Shown here: piece by piece, positions 13,601-24,300 of the stretch | How the letters are laid out: the number at the start of each line of letters is the position of its first letter | Numbering within the stretch: the stretch's first letter is position 1 | NCBI GenBank assembly: GCA_965242695.1 | Contig: CBDESU010000002.1 | Span: 1,216,001-1,280,000 of the forward strand | DNA: 64,000 nt | Direction: 5' to 3' | From: Cenarchaeum sp. | Lineage (GTDB): Archaea > Thermoproteota > Nitrososphaeria > Nitrososphaerales > Nitrosopumilaceae | Notes under the pieces: generated by a model | Databases searched by the model: none | What the model saw: only the letters and a program-made list of their open reading frames with translations | What the model was told of the DNA's origin: nothing | Program-made: the position numbers and the translations under genes

Positions 13601-16600
13601 TGACCGCATCCTGGTCTTCCGCGCCGACGGCTCACTCTCCGGCATGTTCGGAACGCACGGCGACGGCGCAGGCGAGTTCATGGCCCCCAGGTCAGTCGCC
13701 TACTCCCCCGACGGCTCCCTGATCGCCGTCGCCGACGCCGGCGGCGGCGACCGCGTGCAGCTGTTCTACGCCAACGGCACCTTTGTGTCAAAGTTCGGCA
13801 CGAACGGCACCGCCGACGGCGAGTTCCGCGGTATCATACACGTCGCATGGTCGCCCGACGGCGCCTTGATCGCCGCCGCCGACGCCGGCAACCACCGCGT
13901 GCAGGTGTTCTACGCCGCCAACGGCTCGCTCGCCCTAAAGTTCGGCACGAACGGCACCGCCGACGGCGAGTTCGACGTCGTCCGCTCGGTCGCCTACTCG
14001 CCGTCCGGCGACCGGATCGCCGTGGCCGACCAGTTCAACCACCGCATCCAGGTGTTCAACGCCGACGGCGACTTTCTCTTCAAGTTCGGCGGGCTGGGGG
14101 GCGGCATAGAGCAGCTCCACCGCCCGCAGTCCGTCGCCTACTCGCCGTCCGGCGACCGGATGGCCGTGGCCGAGCGCTACAACCACCGCGTGCAGGTGTT
14201 CAACGCCGACGGCACGTTCGTCTCCAAGTTCGGCGAGCGGGGCAGCGGCACGGGCGAGTTCATCCGCCCCCACTCCGTCGCATGGTCGCCCGACGGCTCC
14301 CGCCTCGCCGTGTCCGAGCAGTTCAACAAGCGCGTCCAGATATTCGATGCGGACACCGGCGACTTTGTCCTGATGGTCGACTCGATACAGGGCATCGACA
14401 GCGGCCGGTTTGGAAACGCGGCCTCTGTCGCGTTTGCCACGCTGCCGCCGTCGGGGGATCCGGAGCCCCGCCTCCTCCTGCCCGGCATGCTTGCCGTTGC
14501 CGACCCGCCGGCCAACCACGTCGGGGTCTTTTACGCCAACGCCACCCATGCCTTCGACCTTGGGGCTGGAGGCGGCGAAGCCGGCGGGAACCTTTCCCGC
14601 CCGCAGGCTGCCGCCTATTCCCCGGCAGGCGGCCTGATCGCCGCGTCCGACACCGACAGCCACCGCATCAAGCTGTTCAACGCCACGACCGGCGGCCTTG
14701 CCTACGCGATCGGCTCGCCAGGCAACGGCAGCGGACAGCTCGCATACCCGGGCCACATCGTCTGGTCGCCCGACGGCTCCCGCATCGCAGTGTTCGACTC
14801 GGGCAACAACCGTACCCAGGTGCTTGATGCGACAAGCGGCGCCTATGTGCTCGAGCTCGGGACGGCCGGCCACGCCGCCTACTCGCCCGACGGCTCGCTG
14901 ATCGCCGTGTCCGACCGCCGCGGCGACCTCGTCCGGGTGTTCAACGCCACGAGCGGCGACACTGTGCTCGAGTTCGGCTTGCCCGGCAGCGGCAGCGGCC
15001 AGCTCGACAGCCCCCGCGGCGTCGCATACTCACCGGCCGGAAGCAGCCGCATCGCCGTCGCCGACGCAGGCAACGACCGCATCCAGGTCTTTGACGCAGC
15101 CAGCGGCGCCTTCCTGTTCGCGTTCGGCTCGCCCGGCAGCGGCAGCGGCCAGCTCGACAACCCCCGCGGCGTCGCATACTCGCCCGACGGCGCCCGCATC
15201 GCAGTCGCCGACCGCGACAACGGCCGGGTGCAGGTGTTCCGCTCCGACGGCACCTTTGTGGGCGCGATTGACCCCGAGGGCGCCGCCGGATTCGCCGTCC
15301 CAAAGTCCGTCTCGTTTGCGCCGCCGCCGGCCGCCCCGATGCCGGAGCCGCTGCCGTTGCCGCCGCAGCCTGCGCTGCAGGGCATGCTCGCCGTCGCCGA
15401 CTCCGCCAGCGACCGCATCCGGGTGTTCGCCGCCAACGGAACCGAGGCCTTTTCGCTTGGCGAACGGGGCAGCGGAGCGGGGCTGTTCAAGCATCCCTGG
15501 GCAGTGTCCTACTCGCCCAATGGCAGCCAGATCGCCGTCGCCGACGCGCACAACAACCGCATTCAGGTCCTTGATGCCGCAGACGACGACGACGGCGCCG
15601 CCCCGACCTTTGCCTTCAAGTTCGGATCGCGCGGCGATGCGGCCGGGCAGTTCAAGAGCCCGCGCAGCGCCGCCTACTCGCCCGACGGCGACCGGATTGC
15701 AGTCGCCGACGCCCGCAACCACCGCGTGCAGGTGTTCAGCGTCGACGCCGCCTCTGCCGCCTATGCGCTCGAGTTCGGGGCGTACGGCGACGCGGCCGGG
15801 CAGTTCAACCAGCCCTGGGCGGTGGCCTACTCGCCCGACGGCGCCCGGCTCGCCGTCGCCGACACAGACAACCACCGCATCCAGGTGTTCGGCATCAACG
15901 CCGACGACGGCACCCCTGCCTTCGCATTCGAGTTCGGGGCGTACGGCGACGCGGCCGGGCAGTTCAACCAGCCCTGGGCGGTGGCCTACTCGCCCGACGG
16001 CGCCAGGATTGCGGTCGCCGACAAGAACAACAACCGCATCCAGGTGTTCAGCATCGACCTTGACGACGACGGCGGCGGCGCCGCCACGCCCGCCCTCGAG
16101 TTCGGGGCGTACGGCGACGCGGCCGGGCAGTTCAAGAGCCCCCAGTCCATCGCATACTCGACGGACGGCGAGTGGATCGCCGTCGCAGACCCCCGAAACT
16201 ACCGCATCCAGGTCTTTTATGCCAACGGCACCTTTGCCGGCGCGATCGGCGCGCCGGGCGACGGGCAGTTCAAGCCCCGGGGCGTGGCCTTTGCCCCGCC
16301 CCCGCCCCCGCTGCCGCCGGGCGCGATCGCCGTGGCCGAGCGCGGCGCGCACCAGGTCCAGGTGTTCCATCCCAACGGCACCTTCAACTTCGCGTTCGGA
16401 CAAGAGGGCGACGCCGACGGATCGTTCAACCAGCCCGTCTCGGCCGCCTTTGCCCCCGACGGCACTGCGATCGCCGTCGCCGACATGCACAACCACCGCG
16501 TGCAGGTCTTTGCCCCCGACGGCGACTTTGCCTTCAAGGTGGGCGGGCTGTCCCCCGGAAACGGCGACCAACAGTTCCACTACCCGGCCAGCGTCGCGTA

Positions 16601-18107
16601 CTCGCCTGACGGCGCCCGGATCGCAGTCGCCGACTCCAACAACGACCGCGTGCAGGTGCTCGACGCGGCGGACGGCGCTCTTGTCGACACGTTCACCAGC
16701 TCGTTCGACACCCCCCGCTCCGCCGAGTACTCGCCCGACGGCACTAGGATCGCCGTCGCCGATGCGTTCAACCACCGCGTGCAGGTGCTCGACGCGGCGA
16801 CCGGCGCCAACATCGCCACGTACGGCAGCCGCGAGAATTTCGGTAGCGGCACCGGACAGTTCCAAAGCCCCAAGCACGCGGCCTGGTCGCCCGAAGGCGG
16901 CGCCCTGCTCGCCGTAGTCGACCGCGACAACGACCGCATCAGGGTGATCAACGCGGCGACCGGCGCCCTCGTAGCCACGTTTGGATCAGTGGGCTCTGCC
17001 CCGGGCCAGTTCGACAACCCGACCGGCGCCGCCTACTCGCCCGGCGGCGCCCTGCTCGCCGTCGCCGACCTGCTCAACAACCGCGTGCAGGTGCTCGACG
17101 CGGCGACCGGCGCCGCCTCTGGCGTGCTCGGACCGGACGGCCTGCTCCCGGGCCAGTTCGACAGGCCCGCATCCGTGGCCTTTGTCACGCCGCCCCCGAC
17201 CGTCCATATCGCAGTCGCCGACACCGACAACCACCGCATCCAGGTCTTCGATGCCTCGACCGGCGATCACCTGTTTACGTTCGGGCAGGAGGGCCGCACC
17301 GGCAACGGATCGTTCTACCACCCGTACGGCATGTCCTACTCGCCCGACGGCGCCCGGATCGCCGTCGCCGACTGGAGCAACAATCGCATCCAGGTCTTTG
17401 ATGCCTCGACCGGCAACTACCTGCTCAAGTTTGGCAGGTTTGGCAGCATCGACAACGGGACGTTCTACGGCCCGGCCTCCGTGGCCTGGTCGCCAGACGA
17501 CGGCGCCCGGATCGCCGTCGCCGACACGTTCAACAACCGCATCCAGGTCTTTGATGCCTCGACCGGCGGCCACCTGTTCACGTTCGGGCGGGAAAGAAGC
17601 GCCGCCAACGGATCATTCTCCAGTCCGTACGGCATCGCCTACTCGCCCGACGGCGCCCGGCTCGCCGTCGCCGACACCCACAACCACCGCATCCAGGTAT
17701 TCGATGCCGCCACCGGCGACTACCTGTTCAAGTTCGGCCAGCGGGGCTACCCCGCCAACGGATCGTTCTCGTACCCGTCCTCCGTGTCCTACTCGCCCGA
17801 CGGCGACAGAATCGCCGTCGGCGACACGTTCAACCACCGCATCCAGGTCTTCGATGCCGCCACCGGCGACTACCTGTTCAAGTCTGGGCAGAAGGGCCGC
17901 ACCGCCGACGGATCGTTCCGCTTTACGTACACCGCGGCCTACTCGCCCGACGGCGCGAGCATCGCCGTGACGGACACCCGCAACCACCGCATCCAGATAC
18001 TCGATGCCGAAACCGGCGACTTTGCGTCCAAGTTCGGACGGGAGGGCCGCACCGCCGACGGGTCGTTCTACAACCCCTACGCCGTGGCCTACTCTCCGCT
18101 GCCATAG
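10669..18107 (+). pseudogene. Giant NHL-repeat multi-propeller surface protein (~2480 aa if intact), split by a 1-nt frameshift at ~11067 (pseudogene or sequence error)
   Basis: ORF 10654-11091 carries the signal peptide and first NHL repeats; shifting -1 at GTG/GCA restores AVAFSPQGDLIAVADTGNH and continues into 11157-18107; poly-Pro linkers between propellers. Confidence 0.75.
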
Positions 18108-18366
18108 CCTGCGCCTGTCGCGTGCGTGCGCCGGGACGGTGTCCGATGCCGGCGCCGCAAGGGAGGAGGCTTGGGCTTGCAGATCTGCGCCCGGCTATTG
18201 TGCCGATTGGCCGCCCGGGTCCTGGCCGCCGCTGGCGACCGCCGGGATGGGTTCTGGGCCAGCGGGTATGCGCCCTGCCGAGCAGGCTGCCGCCCCGCCC
18301 ATCCACGATCCCCTCCCCCCTGCATGGGTTATATTCGCGCCCGCCCGCCCTCCCGCCGGTGACGGG

Positions 18367-18789
18367 ACGACGGGCCTCTTCAGATACCCAAAGCGGAAGC
18401 TGCGCAAGATGGTAAAGAACGGCGACTATCGGGAGGCGCTAGAGTTCGGCGAGACGATAGAGGCAGAGTTCTCGGCCGACCCCGACTACCTCTTCATCAT
18501 GGGCAGCATCTACTACATACTCGAGAACGGCGACAACGCCCTGCACTACTTTGAGCGCGCCCTGGCGATCAACGGCTCGGACGTCGAGACGCTCGCGCTC
18601 AAGGCGTCCCTGCACTACTCGCGCGGCGAGGCGCCCGAGGCGCGGGCGTGCTGCGAGCGCGCGCTGGACGTGGACCCCGACCACATGGCCTCGCGCGACA
18701 TGCTACGCGACCTGGACGAGGTCGACGAGGCGCTCGCGGAGCAGAGGGCGGAAGGGGACGGCGAAGGATCCGCCGGCCCGGCCGCCTAG
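18367..18789 (+). CDS. TPR-repeat protein (start uncertain; first in-frame ATG is 18409)
   Basis: GLFRYPKRKLRK, DPDYLFIMGSIYY, ALHYFERALAIN, CCERALDVDP. Confidence 0.8.
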   Translation, partial: TTGLFRYPKRKLRKMVKNGDYREALEFGETIEAEFSADPDYLFIMGSIYYILENGDNALHYFERALAINGSDVETLALKASLHYSRGEAPEARACCERALDVDPDHMASRDMLRDLDEVDEALAEQRAEGDGEGSAGPAA

Positions 18790-19280
18790 CCCCGACAGGG
18801 CTCGCCGCCCATCTCGTACACCCGCTCGAACAGCCACTCGCACAGCTCGGCGACCGGCCCCGTGATCTCGCACCACACGTGCAGCGAGTGCGGCAGTATG
18901 TCTATGCGCCCGCCCCCGCCCTCTAGGTGCACCTTGACGCCCTCCTTGTCCTCGTACATGTAGGCGTCCTCGGTGCGGCAGCCTGCGAGCAGCCCTTCCG
19001 CCTTGGCCTTTACCTCGCCCCTGTCGACGGGGAACCTCTTGCGCTGCATGTCCATTATGATGCTCAGGTCGCGCCTGCCGTACATGCCAAACTCCTGTAT
19101 CCGCCCCTCCTTTGGAAAGTTGACGACGAGCTTCACGCCGTGCCTGGCGCCGACCTCTGCGCCGACCTCGGTTATCCGCCGGTACCCCGCGCCGGGGTCG
19201 CGCCGCACGAGCAGCATGATCCTGGCCATGTCCGAGCGCAGGGCCGCCTGCAGGTCGGACAGCATGGCCGCAAATCCCAC
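18786..19280 (-). CDS. Conserved thaumarchaeal hypothetical protein
   Basis: VNFP..FGMYGRRDLSII, DAYMYEDKEG, RIDILPHSLHVWC; strong coding bias. Confidence 0.7.
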   Translation of the reverse strand: MGFAAMLSDLQAALRSDMARIMLLVRRDPGAGYRRITEVGAEVGARHGVKLVVNFPKEGRIQEFGMYGRRDLSIIMDMQRKRFPVDRGEVKAKAEGLLAGCRTEDAYMYEDKEGVKVHLEGGGGRIDILPHSLHVWCEITGPVAELCEWLFERVYEMGGEPCRG

Positions 19281-19318
19281 GCGAGGGCTTTTAGAGGGGC
19301 GCCAAATATGGCTTTCCC

Positions 19319-19963
19319 ATGGCGATGCCGATGGAGACGGGCGTGCCCGACGAGTCCGAGAGGACCGACGACGTGGGCAGCTACAAGGCGACGTGCGCCG
19401 AGTTCGTCAAGGACATATCGGCCGACTACCTCGCATGGGTCGACTACTACAAGCTGCCCGCCGCCGAGGATGCCCGCCGCCGGGCGGAGATCGACGCGAC
19501 CATCCGCCGGACGAGCGAGTGGATCGCGCGCGTGCCGACGACGATCAAGGCCGTCGATGTCGTCATGAACGACGGCATACAAAAGATGGCCGAGGCCACG
19601 GCCGGCTGGCCGTTCGAGATCGGCGTGTACGTCAACGGCATGTCGGGGTACACGGCGGCCCGGCCCGGCATGGTCGACGTCGCCGTGAGGGCCGCCGGGC
19701 GCGAGGGCCGCGCCGTCCGCCTCGGCTTCCACTTCAAGGACGACCGGTTCCGGCTGGAGTCGACGGGGCCCGCGCGCCTGGTCGAGGAGGGCCTGCCGCT
19801 CGCCGAGTTCAGCCCGATGGATGCGCGGCTGCGCCTGGACGCCTCGGGCTGCTCGGCAGGCGACGTCGTATCGTTCACCGTGACCGTCGAGGAGGTCGGC
19901 GGCGGCGAGGGCGGCGCGGTGACGGACCGGCGGGGCGCCTCTACGATCGTCCATCTAGGGTGA
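19319..19963 (+). CDS. Hypothetical protein
   Basis: 214-aa ORF with strong third-position GC bias; divergent from previous gene. Confidence 0.65.
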   Translation: MAMPMETGVPDESERTDDVGSYKATCAEFVKDISADYLAWVDYYKLPAAEDARRRAEIDATIRRTSEWIARVPTTIKAVDVVMNDGIQKMAEATAGWPFEIGVYVNGMSGYTAARPGMVDVAVRAAGREGRAVRLGFHFKDDRFRLESTGPARLVEEGLPLAEFSPMDARLRLDASGCSAGDVVSFTVTVEEVGGGEGGAVTDRRGASTIVHLG

Positions 19964-20348
19964 CCTCGAGGGCGACCCTCTTCTCGGACGCCCTGGCCTG
20001 GCCGGGGTACTTTAGGGCCGAGACGGTGGCGGCCAGGCGCTCGTCGTCGACGACGCGCGCCGTGCCCGCGTGCGAGGCGCCGCCGAACGCGACGCCGACC
20101 CTCGGGCTGCGCGCCGCATTCCTGAACCAGTCGCTGTCGGGCCGGTGCCTTGAAAAGTAGATGCGGCCGGCGTGGGCCACGGCGAGCAGCTCGACCGAGT
20201 GCTCGGCGCCCGTCGACCTGCCCGTCGTCGTCAGCACGGCCCTGAACGGGCCGTCGGGGGCGGCCCGGCCGCCCGCGCCGCCGCCTCCCCCCGCCCGCGG
20301 CCCGCCCGCGCCGCCGTCCCACGCCGCGCCCTGCCCCTCCTGCGCCAT
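19941..20348 (-). CDS. Deazaflavin (F420)-dependent nitroreductase-like split-barrel protein
   Basis: LTTTGRSTG..H.VEL, DSDWFRN..RSPRV. Confidence 0.7.
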   Translation of the reverse strand: MAQEGQGAAWDGGAGGPRAGGGGGAGGRAAPDGPFRAVLTTTGRSTGAEHSVELLAVAHAGRIYFSRHRPDSDWFRNAARSPRVGVAFGGASHAGTARVVDDERLAATVSALKYPGQARASEKRVALEVTLDGRS

Positions 20349-20437
20349 GCCGCCCCCGCGCGGGGTCAATTATTTCAACCCTCTTGCCAAGTTTTGTAGA
20401 GCTGGGGCATCATGGGGCGCCGGCGGGCGGAGGGGCC

Positions 20438-20890
20438 ATGTCTACAAAGCTAGAGGGCATGAGCCGCAAGATGACGACGGCCGACGACTTTACCGGCAAG
20501 AAGGCCGTGGATCGCGAGGGGATCAACTTTGGGCGGGTCAAGCACATACACATCAACCCCGACACGCTGGCCGTCTCGGGCGTGACCATCCACCAGGGGT
20601 TCCGCAAGGACTACTTCCTGCCCGAGACGTTCATCGAAAAGTTCACCGACGAGACGCTGCTGCTCAGCACGCAGCCCGTGCGCCGCGCCGTGGGCGTCAT
20701 CGACATCGACGGGCACGCGATCGGACGGGTCAAGAAGCTCAACCGCAACCCGACGACGAACGAGCTAGAGTCGATCACGATCTCGTGCGGCCTGCTCAGG
20801 ACCAAGATCGTCTCGGTCAGCGAGATATCGGGGATCGGCGACAAGATCATCCTCAAGATGAAGAGGGACGAGTTCAAGGCGCTGCCCTAG
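20438..20890 (+). CDS. Tandem PRC-barrel protein
   Basis: GKKAVDREGINFGRVKHIHIN and VIDIDGHAIGRVKKL..IGDKIIL. Confidence 0.85.
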   Translation: MSTKLEGMSRKMTTADDFTGKKAVDREGINFGRVKHIHINPDTLAVSGVTIHQGFRKDYFLPETFIEKFTDETLLLSTQPVRRAVGVIDIDGHAIGRVKKLNRNPTTNELESITISCGLLRTKIVSVSEISGIGDKIILKMKRDEFKALP

Positions 20891-21090
20891 ATGTCCCTCC
20901 GCCCCCTGTTTTTTCCCGCGCCTGCCCGCCGCGCCGCGCCGCGCGGGGACGAGGGGAGGAAGAAGTGGCGCAGGGGCGACGGTCGTCCGCCGCCCCGCCT
21001 GCGGGCGGGCGCCGCCTCCGGGGCGGCTAGGCGGCGGCGCCCGCGGGGGCGGGGGAGGGGGGGGGGGGGCTGGCGCCCGCGGCAGCCCGA

Positions 21091-21195
21091 TCAGCGGCCG
21101 CCCTTGGCCGTGGCGCACGCGCCGCACACTGCGACGCCGTCGACGACCGAGACTACCAAGTTGGACGAGTTGCACGAATGACAAAGACCCTTCAT
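21091..21195 (-). CDS. 34-aa zinc-ribbon peptide (not in ORF track)
   Basis: MKGLCHSCNSSNLVVSVVDGVAVCGACATAKGGR*; CxxC..CxxC; TTTAA box ~25 nt upstream. Confidence 0.7.
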   Translation of the reverse strand: MKGLCHSCNSSNLVVSVVDGVAVCGACATAKGGR

Positions 21196-21353
21196 GGCCC
21201 CGCGCCGCGCCCGCGTCGTTAAATCTCTTGCCGGCTGCCTCCCGCCCGCGGGCGCCCGCCCGGCCGCATGGGCGGGGGGAGCGGCGCCGGCGCCGCCCCG
21301 CCCGCGCCCGCCAGCCCGGCCGCGTGTGCGATAAAGTTGACAAGAACGTCTAC

Positions 21354-21378
21354 AAATACTGACAAGCCCCCAGTATTT
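21354..21378. promoter_or_regulatory. Perfect inverted repeat AAATACTG-N9-CAGTATTT
   Basis: AT-rich palindrome directly before the NHL-HYR gene start. Confidence 0.45.
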
Positions 21379-21381
21379 CCG

Positions 21382-24300
21382 ATGCCCCTACAGGGCGCGT
21401 TGAAGTCCTGCACGGCTCGGACGGGGAGAGGCGGCGCCCGCGGGCGGGGCGCGCCGGCCGCCCTCGCGCTTGCGGCCGCCTCTCTTGCCGCACTCTTCGC
21501 CCTGCAGGGCGCCGCCCCCGACGCGGCCGCCGCCGGCCCGAGCCATCCGCATGTGGCATCGTGGGGCCAGTCGGGCCTCGATCCGGGCCACTTTGGCAAC
21601 CCGCAGTCGGCCGCAGTCGACGGCGAGGGCAACGTGTACGTGACCGACCTCGGCAACGCCCGCGTCCAAAAGTTCAATCCCGACGGCGTGTACCTCCTCT
21701 CGTGGGGCGACACGGGCCAGGGGGCCGGCCAGTTCACGGCGCCGGCCGGCATAGCGGTCGGGATCAACTCGACCGTGTACGTCGTCGACGCTCAGCTGCA
21801 CAGGGTGCAGGCGTTCGGTCCCGACGGCATGTACGTCGGGCAGTGGGGCGGGCGCGGCCAGGGCCCCGGGCAGTTCATACTCCCCTCGGGAATCGCCGCC
21901 GGCCCCGACGGCAGCGTGTACGTGGCCGACACGGGCAACCGGCGCGTGCAGGTGTTCGCTGCCAACGGCACGTACGTCTCGGAGATGGGGCGGCTCGGCG
22001 TGCCAGAGGGCGACGCCCTGGCCTCGCCGAGCGGGATCGCGGTCGGCGCGGAGGGCACCGTATACGTGTCGGATCCTGCGGCCGCGAGCATCAAGAGGTT
22101 CGGCCCCGACGGGCAGCCGCTTGCCGCGTACGACGCGAGCGTCGGCGGGTTGGACCTGCGGGCGCACGGGGTGGACCTCGCGCCGGGCGGCGGCCTGTAC
22201 GCGGCGGACCCGATCAACAACCGCGTCGTACTGCTCGACGCGTCGGGCGCGGCCGTATCGTCGTGGGGTAGCGAGGGCATACTGCCGGGCCAGTTCAAGC
22301 TGCCCGAGGACGTGGCCGTCTCGGCCAGTGCAGGCGTGCTGTACGTGGTCGACTCGAACGGCCACCGCGTGCAGGCGTTCTCGCTGCCGCCGCAGGACGA
22401 AGCGCCCGCCGAACAGCCGCAGCAGCGGCCGCGCGAGGCGCCCATCTCGGCCTCCCCCGCCGCCCCGGCCGCCCCTGCCGGGGCCGACCTGTCAAAGCCG
22501 TCCATCGTGCCGCCGGCCGACATGACGGTCGAGGCGACCGGCCCCCTCACGCCGGTCAGCGTCGGGCAGGCGGTGGCCACCGACGCGAGCGGCATCGAGT
22601 CGCTCGAGAGCAACGCGCCCGAGCGGTTCACCCTCGGCATAAGCACGGTCATCTGGACGGCAATCGACGGGGCCGGCAACATGGCCGTCGCCACGCAAAA
22701 GGTCACGGTCCGCGACACGATTCCGCCGGCGATCGGGGCGGTTCCTGACATAGTGGCCGAGGCGGCCGGCGCGACGGGGACGCCCGTCGAGCTGGCCGAG
22801 CCGCAGGTCGCCGATGCGGTCGGAGTGATGTCGGTCTCAAGCGACGCCCCCGCCGCGTTCCCGCTCGGCGCGACCGTCGTAACTTGGACGGCGCGCGACG
22901 TGGCCGGCAACGAGGCGACCGCGCTGCAAAATGTGGTCGTAGAAGATACCGTCCGGCCGTCGGTGCGGGCGCCGCCGGACGTCGCATTCGAGGCAGTCTC
23001 GACCGCCTCCAACGAGGTTCCGCTCGGCGAGCCGGCCGCCTCGGACGGCGGATCGGGGATCGCATCGGTCGCCGGCGACGCCCCTGCCGCGTTCCCGCTC
23101 GGCACGACGACCGTCACCTGGACCGCGACGGACGCGGCCGGCAACGAGGCGACCGCGACGCAGGAGGTCGCCGTACTCGACACGACGCCCCCGTCGATCG
23201 AGCCGCCGCCGGATGTCGTATTCGAGGCGACCTCGCCGGCGCTCAACGAGGTGGACCTTGGCGCACCCGTCGTCGACGACGTGCAAGAGGTCGCGGTAAC
23301 TAGCGACGCCCCCGCCGCGTTCCCGCTCGGGTCGCATGCGGTCGCGTGGAACGCGACCGACGCGTCAGGCAACAGCGCGACCGCGGTGCAGCACGTCGAT
23401 GTGGTCGACACGACGCCGCCGTCGGTGCGGGTGCCGCCTGCCATGACCGTCGAGGCCGAGTCGCCCGACGGGGCAGCGGCCGCGCTAGGCCGGATTGTGG
23501 TGGGCGAGGCCGCCGGCGACGGGGCCGCACCCGACGCAACGCCCGTGGCCTCTGTCGCAAACGACGCGCCGCCGATGCTTGCCCTCGGCAGGACCGTCGT
23601 AACGTGGACGGTGTCCGACGAGGCGGGCAACACGGCAACCGCGGCGCAGGAGGTCAATGTGGTCGACACGACGCCGCCGTCGATCACTGCGCCTGCCGAC
23701 GCGACGGCCGAGGCGTCCTCGCCGGACGGCACGCCCGTCGAGATCGGCGAGCCAGAGTCCTCGGATGCAGTCGGCGTTGCGTCCATATCAAGCGACGCGC
23801 CGGCGCTGTTCCCGCTCGGCACGACGACCGTCACCTGGACCGCAACGGACGCGGCAGGCAACGAGGCGACCGCAACGCAGGAGGTCGCCGTACTCGACAC
23901 GACGCCGCCGGCGATCACTGCGCCTGCCGACGCGACGGCCGAGGCCGCATCCGAGGACGGCACGCCGGCCGTCGACCTTGGCGAGCCAGAGGCCTCGGAT
24001 GCAGTCGGCGTTGCGTCCATATCAAGCGACGCGCCGGCGCTGTTCCCGCTCGGCACGACGACCGTCACCTGGACCGCAACGGACGCGGCAGGCAACGAGG
24101 CGACTGCAACGCAGCAGGTTGCGGTCCTGGACACGACCCCCCCGACGCTCGTGGCCCCGCCGGCCGTTCGGGCAGAGGCGGCGGGGCCGAGCACCCCACT
24201 GGCCGGCATCGGCGAGGCCACGGCATCCGACGCCGTCGGCGTCGTGCTGCTCGGCAGCGACTCCCCCGCGGCCTATCCGGTGGGCGAGACGATCGTCACG

